A stretch of 64,000 bases of DNA from assembly GCA_944391415.1 (NCBI GenBank), contig CALXTM010000005.1, positions 17,433 to 81,432 on the forward strand. The letters run 5' to 3'. The translations under genes and the position numbers were made by a program. This DNA comes from an uncultured Alphaproteobacteria bacterium. GTDB taxonomy: Bacteria > Pseudomonadota > Alphaproteobacteria > RF32 > CAG-239. The notes under the pieces were generated by a model that worked only from the letters and a program-made list of their open reading frames with translations, had not been told where the DNA came from and did no database searches. This document shows positions 57,209 through 64,000 of the stretch, one piece after another. The first letter of the stretch is position 1, and the number at the start of each line of letters is the position of its first letter.

Positions 57209-58075
57209 ATGAAAAAAACATTTTTGTTTCTGATGTTGAGCCTGATGTCGTGGCCGTCGCTCATCCTTGCTCAAGATGGCGCTTTGCCAGATAATTTTTT
57301 ATTTGATGATTCCGATATTATCGTTACCGCCCCGCAAGAGCCGTCCGATACTGCCCCCGACTTAAACACCGACGAAAACATTTCGCAGGCTGTAAGCTCT
57401 GCCAAACAACTGCTTCAGCGCAACCCGGCACAATTGCAAACTACCGCCTTTCCTGAGCTAAAAAAGCGCCCTCGATCTTCATCTTCTTTGTCTGCCGCCA
57501 CCTCTTTCAAAGAGGCTCCCTTTGGCTTGCGTTGGGGTTCAAGTATATCTGACACTCGCAACCAAGGTGTTGGACTTTCTGTTGCCGACATGGAAGACTA
57601 CGTTAACTGCTTTTTATCCGACCAACTCCCCAAAGCCGTCGCATTTTTCAATCGTGTTTATTTATGCTATGGTCAAGATGATGAGTTATACCGCATTCTT
57701 GCCTATAGCAAGCTTATTGCTGATGATGCCTCAGCTTCCGAAATCATGCACGAGTATGACACCTACTCTTCTCTGCTAAATCAAAAATATGGCCACAAAG
57801 AACAATTTTTCACCCCCGCCACCGTTAACAAAACCATAAAAAATGCCCAAGGTCGAGACGAGGTTATCCAAGAACAAGCCCCGATCGGCAATCCACAATT
57901 TTTATCCCAACTTGAATCCGGAGCAGCTGTTTTATATTCCACTTATTATAACGACGAAGTTGCTGCCACCTTAAGCATAGGTGTTGACGGCGACAAAAAA
58001 AGTTATATAGTGATAGACTACAAAAATTTACCCATACTAAAACAACAAGAGGCCGAAACTCTTGATGCTCTATAA
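57209..58075 (+). CDS. Hypothetical secreted protein
   Basis: The ATG at 57209 follows aagga. Signal peptide MKKTFLFLMLSLMSWPSLILA. No family recognised. Confidence 0.55.
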   Translation: MKKTFLFLMLSLMSWPSLILAQDGALPDNFLFDDSDIIVTAPQEPSDTAPDLNTDENISQAVSSAKQLLQRNPAQLQTTAFPELKKRPRSSSSLSAATSFKEAPFGLRWGSSISDTRNQGVGLSVADMEDYVNCFLSDQLPKAVAFFNRVYLCYGQDDELYRILAYSKLIADDASASEIMHEYDTYSSLLNQKYGHKEQFFTPATVNKTIKNAQGRDEVIQEQAPIGNPQFLSQLESGAAVLYSTYYNDEVAATLSIGVDGDKKSYIVIDYKNLPILKQQEAETLDAL

Positions 58076-58088
58076 GGATTGAACGATT

Positions 58089-59459
58089 TTGACTAGCACG
58101 AAAAAAATAGCCTTCAGCGGTGCGGCAGGCAATGGCATAAGTCCGCTCGAACAAATTATGTCCCTTAAAGGTTATACCGTTTATGGCTCTGATCATAGCT
58201 TTGATATAGGAAAAGACCTTGATCGCAAACAAGCTCTTGAAGAAGTCGGAATTCACATTGTTCCGCAAGACGGTTCTATGGTCACTCCTGATCTTGATTG
58301 GCTCTGTTTTTCTGCGGCACTCAACAACACCAATCCCGACATTCAAGCGGCCATGGCTTACAACATTCCGCTTAAAACTCGTTCTGATCTGCTAGAAGAG
58401 GTTTTTTGCCAATATCCATATGGTGTTGCCGTTGGCGGAACGGCCGGCAAAACCACCACCACCGCCATGATTGGCTATGTGCTCGATTCTCTTGGCAAAC
58501 ATCCCACCATGATCAATGGTGGAGCGCTGTGCAACTATATGTACCGCAAAGGGATTCCCAATTATATTTACAACGAGGGCGACATTTGCGTAATTGAAGC
58601 TGACGAAAGCGATGGCTCGATTCGCAAATACCATCCGTTCGCAGGCATTATCAATAATATCTCCCATGACCACACTTCCATGGAGAAATTGTTTGAATAT
58701 TTTACGACCTTTGCCGAGCATTCGACCAATTTAATAATTAATCTTGATTGCCCCAATGCATCCCGCATCAAACACCCACATCGTTTAACTTTTTCCGTAT
58801 CCGATTCTTCTGCCGATTTTTTTGCCCATGATATCAAATCGCTAAGCGATGGGGTTGAATATACTTTTATGGGCCATCAATTCACACTTAACCTACTTGG
58901 TACCTTCAATGTATCCAATGCTCTTGCCACCATTGCCGCATGTTCGTTGCTGGGGCTTGATTGTCTTACAGTGGCCAAAACACTTGAAGGTTTCACCGGC
59001 ATCAAGGTTCGGTTAGAAAAAATTGGCACTGCCAAAGGTGTCACTGTCTATAATGACTTTGCTCATAACCCAAGTAAAATCGAGGCATCTTTATCAGCCC
59101 TCAAGGCCTACCCCGGCCGCATTATTGCCATGTACCAGCCTCATACTCCGTTTTCTGCAGTCAATACCGGAGACGAAGTTGCCGCGGCGGTAGCCAAAGT
59201 GCTCGCCCCTGATGATATTATGATTATGCAAGAGATTTATGAGCTAACCCCGCAAGATATTGGCATTTCATCAGCCAACCTTATTAACCGCATCAAACAA
59301 AACGGTCACGACAAAGCTCTGTTTCTTCCTCATAAAGAAGATACCAAACATTTTGTTTTGGATAATGTTCGTCCCGGTGACAGAGTTGTCATAATGGGAG
59401 CTCACGATAATTCTCTGGCAGATTTCAGCCGTGAACTTCTGGTGGCAATTGCCGGCTAA
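58089..59459 (+). CDS. Mur ligase family protein (MurC/Mpl-like; stand-alone, so possibly the murein-peptide recycling ligase Mpl)
   Basis: TTG start. Rossmann-like N-terminus FSGAAGNGISPL...GYTVYGSD, P-loop GGTAGKTTTT, and a C-terminal domain with NDFAHNP. 456 aa. Confidence 0.65.
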   Translation: MTSTKKIAFSGAAGNGISPLEQIMSLKGYTVYGSDHSFDIGKDLDRKQALEEVGIHIVPQDGSMVTPDLDWLCFSAALNNTNPDIQAAMAYNIPLKTRSDLLEEVFCQYPYGVAVGGTAGKTTTTAMIGYVLDSLGKHPTMINGGALCNYMYRKGIPNYIYNEGDICVIEADESDGSIRKYHPFAGIINNISHDHTSMEKLFEYFTTFAEHSTNLIINLDCPNASRIKHPHRLTFSVSDSSADFFAHDIKSLSDGVEYTFMGHQFTLNLLGTFNVSNALATIAACSLLGLDCLTVAKTLEGFTGIKVRLEKIGTAKGVTVYNDFAHNPSKIEASLSALKAYPGRIIAMYQPHTPFSAVNTGDEVAAAVAKVLAPDDIMIMQEIYELTPQDIGISSANLINRIKQNGHDKALFLPHKEDTKHFVLDNVRPGDRVVIMGAHDNSLADFSRELLVAIAG

Positions 59460-60124
59460 AATCCCAGCAAATTGATTATATAATCAAAATTTTGTTTGTT
59501 TAAATAATTAATCAGTCGTTGATAAACAGCCAGGCCGTGCCATCCTTTTGAATTAAAGGCAAGCATCAACCCTATCATCCATAAATTGGCCGGCAACAAA
59601 AATGCCGCACAAAAATAATACCCGACTTTTGGCAAATCAGTTTGTTTTTCATGAATTTGCGATCCGACTACATCTAAATGATACCCTATAACAAATCCCA
59701 TAAGACCGTTTAACAGCAAATTCATCGGAGCAAACATCGTGTAGATGCTGATCCCTATCATTGCCAAAACTCCAAACAACGGAAAGAAATACGGCGCAAT
59801 AATTATCAACCAGTTTCCCTCGCCTTCAAACGACATATTGCCGCCGCTGTCATCAGGGTTAATTGACAAACCTTTAACCTTGTGCAATGTTAACAAGGCA
59901 AACAAAGCGTGTGTCATTTCATGAGCCAAAACTTCCATGCTGGTTTTGGCCGAGGCATCCATAAACGACCTGGCGATAAAAAACAAAAAGAACCCCCCAA
60001 ACAGAGCCAAATATTTGAACTCCGAAAACCTAAAATAATCCAGTGACGTGATATATGCCGGCAGCGAAAACAACAACCACACTGCTGTTGGCCATTTCAA
60101 CACATTAATTATTTTATCAATCAT
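59456..60124 (-). CDS. Membrane protein with an HExxH motif (peptidase M50B-like)
   Basis: LAHEMTHALFALLT followed by NPDDSGGNM. Polytopic, 222 aa. Confidence 0.55.
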   Translation of the reverse strand: MIDKIINVLKWPTAVWLLFSLPAYITSLDYFRFSEFKYLALFGGFFLFFIARSFMDASAKTSMEVLAHEMTHALFALLTLHKVKGLSINPDDSGGNMSFEGEGNWLIIIAPYFFPLFGVLAMIGISIYTMFAPMNLLLNGLMGFVIGYHLDVVGSQIHEKQTDLPKVGYYFCAAFLLPANLWMIGLMLAFNSKGWHGLAVYQRLINYLNKQNFDYIINLLGF

Positions 60125-60280
60125 TGCCTGTCTTTATGCCTCTTATTTATGGAAATAACTTTTTTATTGTATCAGCTCTTCGCTTCTTTTCATCTTTATT
60201 ATTCAATCTATTAACATTTCTTCAATCTTTATCTAATACACTGCACCTATCAAACCAAATAATTTGATGAGGCATAAATC

Positions 60281-60580
60281 ATGAGCGATCAAGATGTAAA
60301 CACATACGATTTTCTTATAAACGATGAAGACGAAGTAATGTTGCTTCTTTATGCCAGGCCGACACCTCCCGAGCAGCCTGTTTTTGAGCTTGATGACGAT
60401 CATAAATCGGCCGTTTTAATTCGCAACCAACAAGACAGCGTCTCTTTGCAAGATATTCCCAATGAAATTTTAGATGCTCTGCAAGATACCGATAAACTTT
60501 TGGTCTGTGAACTAAACCTTACTGATGAGGAAAAAGACACCCAAATTGTCTATGCTTACGAAGCCGAAGTAACTGATTAA
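60281..60580 (+). CDS. Hypothetical small acidic protein (99 aa)
   Basis: The ORF is very rich in D and E (not counted). No family recognised. Confidence 0.4.
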   Translation: MSDQDVNTYDFLINDEDEVMLLLYARPTPPEQPVFELDDDHKSAVLIRNQQDSVSLQDIPNEILDALQDTDKLLVCELNLTDEEKDTQIVYAYEAEVTD

Positions 60581-60591
60581 ATCTTTTTATA

Positions 60592-61623
60592 CTACCTTGC
60601 CAGTTTGTTTGCCGCCGACAACAGTGTCAACACACTGTATGACAACGCATCGGCTGCCGGCATATTGGTTGTTTTGCAGTCTTTTTCTGTTTTATAAAGT
60701 AACTCCATAACGTCAAACAACCTTTCTTTTGGCCATCTTCCAAGTTGATTAGCCCCCATATCATAGCGATAGAACATATTTTTGGGCAAAACTTTTTTAA
60801 TAGCTTCAGCCGCCGGTGTTCCGCTTTCCATAAGGCCCTTTGCCTCCAACAATCTGCCAACATGTTTTATCAAGGCTCTGGCAATTTGTACTTCCTCGAC
60901 ACCCTCGTTTAACAGATATTTCAAACTATTTACGGCTTTAAGCTTAACCCCCGAGAACACATAAAAACACAAATCATCGACCCCGGAAATTGCTTGATCA
61001 ACCACCACCGCCTTTACATCGTCTACCTCAAAATGTTTTTTGTTGCCGACAAAAGTAATAAGTTTTTCTATTTCATTAACATTCGATTTTCGGTCATTCG
61101 ACAACCTGGCACAAAGCATCATAAACGCATCGTTTGTAAAAGTTATACCTTGGTCAAGCAGCATTTTCTTTGCCGAAGAGGCAATATTTTCATCCCTATC
61201 TTCATAACAGGCAACTGCTGCCATATCCGCCTTGCCATTAGCCAACGCAACCAATGATGATTTTGAATTAAGACTTTCCGCTCCGCAGATAATCAGCAAT
61301 GTATCGGATTTAGTGTCTGCCAACATCTCGGTCAATGGTTTGGTCAAATTATTGTCGGCATCTTTCAGCACCACAACTCGTCTTACTCCCATCAGCGAGC
61401 GACTATTATATTCTGCGGCCAAAGCTCCGACATCACCTCTAATCTCGCTCCAGTCCAAATAGGCCACCGCAAATGGATCATACAAATCTTTGGATACTGT
61501 CTCCGTAAGTTTTTTGGTATATTCGGCAATCAAACCTTCATTTTGCCCATAAAGCAATATTGCCTTGATATTACTATCCGGACGTTTAATGTATGATTCT
61601 ATCTGTTGTTGCTTATAAATCAT
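60592..61623 (-). CDS. holA: DNA polymerase III delta subunit
   Basis: 343 aa with the N-terminal pattern ...ILLYGQNEGLI..., at the conserved leuS-lptE-holA position. Confidence 0.8.
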   Translation of the reverse strand: MIYKQQQIESYIKRPDSNIKAILLYGQNEGLIAEYTKKLTETVSKDLYDPFAVAYLDWSEIRGDVGALAAEYNSRSLMGVRRVVVLKDADNNLTKPLTEMLADTKSDTLLIICGAESLNSKSSLVALANGKADMAAVACYEDRDENIASSAKKMLLDQGITFTNDAFMMLCARLSNDRKSNVNEIEKLITFVGNKKHFEVDDVKAVVVDQAISGVDDLCFYVFSGVKLKAVNSLKYLLNEGVEEVQIARALIKHVGRLLEAKGLMESGTPAAEAIKKVLPKNMFYRYDMGANQLGRWPKERLFDVMELLYKTEKDCKTTNMPAADALSYSVLTLLSAANKLAR

Positions 61624-62153
61624 CGTATTCCGCTCATTTTGGCATGGAAATATGCCCCTATGCGCAAAGAAATATCGTTGGCTATTATTTTTGCGGCATC
61701 AACCTCGGCTTTTTTCTGCGCCATGGTTGTTGAGTACGGATCTCTCAAAATATCATAGCTCACAAAAGCCAGCGAGTTTCCGGCAACCAACTGTGTACCG
61801 TTTTGAAATAACTTATATTCAACTCTGTATTCAATTCTCTCGTTAGTTGCCGTAACATCGTCTCGCATTGCTTGCTGGGTTACGATTTTATCTGCCAACA
61901 CTGCTTCCAAACGATATTTTGCTTTTTGCGGTGCCCCACGCGGGGTCAACAAATCAAGCAAATCGTTCCTCAACAATTGTCCGAAACGATCACTTATCGG
62001 TGTTATTTTAATTTGTGCCATCTCCTCGGTAATCGACGTATCAAAATCCCCGCCGTAATACCAAGAATTATCACCGCTGCGCTGTACATACAATGGTTGA
62101 AAACCGCAAGCTGTCAACAACAGCGCCATCGTCAAAACACCGATTTTTTTCAT
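61620..62153 (-). CDS. lptE: LPS-assembly lipoprotein LptE
   Basis: Lipobox LLLTACG. 177 aa, lying between leuS and holA with a 4-nt overlap with holA. Confidence 0.7.
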   Translation of the reverse strand: MKKIGVLTMALLLTACGFQPLYVQRSGDNSWYYGGDFDTSITEEMAQIKITPISDRFGQLLRNDLLDLLTPRGAPQKAKYRLEAVLADKIVTQQAMRDDVTATNERIEYRVEYKLFQNGTQLVAGNSLAFVSYDILRDPYSTTMAQKKAEVDAAKIIANDISLRIGAYFHAKMSGIR

Positions 62154-62165
62154 TCATGTCTCCTT

Positions 62166-64000
62166 TTAAGCGACAATATTAATTATTCTGTTTGGCACAA
62201 CAATAATTTTTTTAATCTGTTTTCCATCCAATTGACGCTTTATATTTTCAAGCTCTAAGGCTTTTTTCTCTACTTCATCTTTGGCCGCATCTTTTGGCAT
62301 TTCGATAGTACCGCGTACTTTGCCACAAACCTGCACGGCAATTGTCACGGTGCTTTGCTCTGCCAATTTAGCATCACCCTTTGGCCATGACTCGCCAACC
62401 ATCAAATTATCATGGCCCAGTCTTGCCCACATTTCTTCAGCCAAATGCGGCGTAAACGGACTCATCAGCTTCAACAATGTTTCGTATAATTCAGCAGGTA
62501 TTTTATCAAGACCTGACAAATAATTAACATATGACATCAAAGATGAAACCGCCGTATTAAATTTCATCTGATCGATTCTTTCGCTAACCTCCAAAATACA
62601 TTTATGCATTGCTTGCAAATCGGCCTTTGTCGGCGTTAGGTCTTTTGCCACTTTTTTAAACAAACCAAACACTTTGCCGACAAAACGATAAACCCCCATC
62701 AAGCTTTCATCTGACCACATTGCCGCCTGGTCAAACGGCCCGATAAACATCTCATATAGTCTGAATGTATCCGCTCCATATGACTTAACAATATCATCGG
62801 GATTAATCACATTGCCGCGAGATTTTGACATTTTTTCACCGTTTTCGGCCAAAATCATACCGTGTGATGTTCTCTTGTTGTAAGGTTCTTTAGTCGGTAC
62901 ATACCCGCAATCATACAAAAATTTATACCAAAATCTTGAATACAGCAGGTGCAGTGTTGTGTGCTCCATACCACCGTTATACCAATCAACATTCATCCAA
63001 TAATCCAGCGCTTCTTTTGAGGCAAATTCTTTATCATTGTGTGGATCGCAATACCTCAAGAAATACCATGATGACCCGGCCCAGTTTGGCATAACATCGG
63101 TTTCACGTCTGGCATGTCCGCCACATTTTGGACAAGTTGTGTTAACCCACTCTGTTGCTTTTGCCAAAGGCGATTCGCCCTCGTCATTCGGATGATAATC
63201 AGGCACCTCAGGCAAGGTCAGCGGCAATTCCGATTCCGATATCGGCTGCCACCCGCATTTTTCGCAATAGACCATCGGTATCGGCTCGCCCCAATATCTT
63301 TGACGTGAGAACACCCAATCTCTAAGCTTAAAATTAACCTTCGATTTGCCAAAACCATGCTCCTTGGCATATTCAATGGCCTTTTTCATAGCTTCTTCTT
63401 TGTTTAGCCCGTTTAAGAACCCGGAGTTAATATGCTCTCCGTCTTCTTCCCAAGCTTTTTCCGAGATATCGCCCCCGGCTAAGACCTGAATAATCGGCAA
63501 CTTAAACACTTTGGCAAAATCGTAATCTCTCTGATCATGCGCCGGCACGGCCATAATGGCCCCTGTGCCATATCCGGTCAAAACATAGTCCGAGATAAAC
63601 ACCGGTATCATATCACCCGTATAAGGATTTTTCGCTTTTATGCCTTTTAGCTCAACACCGGTTTTTTCATTACTCATTGTCCTTTGCAAATCCGATTTTT
63701 TGGCTGTTTCTGCGATATAGGCTCTGACCTCATCTGGATTTTCAAATCTGCTCATATATTTTGCCACCAACGGATGCTCCGGTGCCATCACCATATAAGT
63801 AACACCAAATGCCGTATCAGGACGTGTTGTAAACACCTTCAGTTTGTCATCGCCAAAATCAAAATCAAGCTCTGCTCCCTCTGAGCGTCCAATCCAGTTA
63901 ATTTGTTGTGATTTCACCCTATCAACAAAATCAAGCCCCTCCAAATCATTAATCAACCTGTCGGCATATTTGGTAATGGCAATCATCCATTGCTCTTTGT
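62166..64000 (-). CDS. leuS: Leucyl-tRNA synthetase, C-terminal about 610 aa; 5' end lies outside the window
   Basis: KMSKSRGNV motif, a CPKCGG zinc-knuckle region and the C-terminal anticodon-binding domain. The reading frame stays open to the window edge. Confidence 0.95.
   Translation of the reverse strand, partial: KEQWMIAITKYADRLINDLEGLDFVDRVKSQQINWIGRSEGAELDFDFGDDKLKVFTTRPDTAFGVTYMVMAPEHPLVAKYMSRFENPDEVRAYIAETAKKSDLQRTMSNEKTGVELKGIKAKNPYTGDMIPVFISDYVLTGYGTGAIMAVPAHDQRDYDFAKVFKLPIIQVLAGGDISEKAWEEDGEHINSGFLNGLNKEEAMKKAIEYAKEHGFGKSKVNFKLRDWVFSRQRYWGEPIPMVYCEKCGWQPISESELPLTLPEVPDYHPNDEGESPLAKATEWVNTTCPKCGGHARRETDVMPNWAGSSWYFLRYCDPHNDKEFASKEALDYWMNVDWYNGGMEHTTLHLLYSRFWYKFLYDCGYVPTKEPYNKRTSHGMILAENGEKMSKSRGNVINPDDIVKSYGADTFRLYEMFIGPFDQAAMWSDESLMGVYRFVGKVFGLFKKVAKDLTPTKADLQAMHKCILEVSERIDQMKFNTAVSSLMSYVNYLSGLDKIPAELYETLLKLMSPFTPHLAEEMWARLGHDNLMVGESWPKGDAKLAEQSTVTIAVQVCGKVRGTIEMPKDAAKDEVEKKALELENIKRQLDGKQIKKIIVVPNRIINIVA

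Overview
This 64-kb window looks like an AT-leaning bacterial chromosome (about 40-45% G+C by eye, not computed) and is densely packed with housekeeping genes, mostly on the minus strand. Gene content and local synteny point to an alphaproteobacterium, possibly a host-associated or reduced lineage; that is inference. Supporting synteny: pal-ybgF-tilS, rplY-pth-ychF, leuS-lptE-holA, rimP-nusA-ylxR-infB, plus a Nfu/NifU fusion and DUF2336-like and HAD-IIA proteins.

Recognisable genes:
- Start of window to 16 kb: kdsB (3' end), two HAD hydrolases, an LDH/MDH-like dehydrogenase, glgX, groES-groEL, a BacNaV-type ion channel, an A24 prepilin peptidase, gloB, a GAF/HD-GYP phosphodiesterase, a Bax-like glucosaminidase and a Nfu/NifU protein.
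- 16-36 kb: murJ, htpG, a ferredoxin, a PfkB kinase, typA, pnp-rpsO-truB, rbfA (inverted), fabG, ftsK, smpB, tilS, ybgF/cpoB and pal.
- 37-47 kb: trmL, ychF, pth, a short-form rplY, infB, a ylxR-like gene, nusA and rimP.
- 47-64 kb: an lptF/G-family permease, cysK, a Sel1-repeat protein, gmk, yicC, an SDR, ampG, a divergent membrane pyrophosphatase, a TetR regulator, two HExxH membrane proteins, a stand-alone Mur ligase, holA, lptE and leuS (5' end outside the window).

I found no rRNA, tRNA, CRISPR array, transposase, integrase or recognisable defence genes. I could not convincingly identify a large novel multi-gene system.

The most interesting items are:
1. A tandem pair of orphan genes (18.0-19.6 kb), each behind its own consensus-like promoter and sharing a (Y/F)REL-x8-HDNL motif.
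2. A 108-109 bp tandem repeat between ychF and trmL that carries operator-like palindromes and an inverted copy of the ychF 3' end.
3. A BacNaV-like channel with a TLDGW selectivity filter and no C-terminal coiled coil.
4. A heat-shock promoter motif shared at identical spacing by groESL and htpG.
5. A terminator-like attenuator in the rimP-nusA-infB leader.
6. Scars of gene decay and duplication: a HAD pseudogene remnant and a duplicated smpB 3' end.
7. An orphan gene upstream of pal, where tolB would normally sit.

All functional calls rest on motif recognition by eye. No database search was run.
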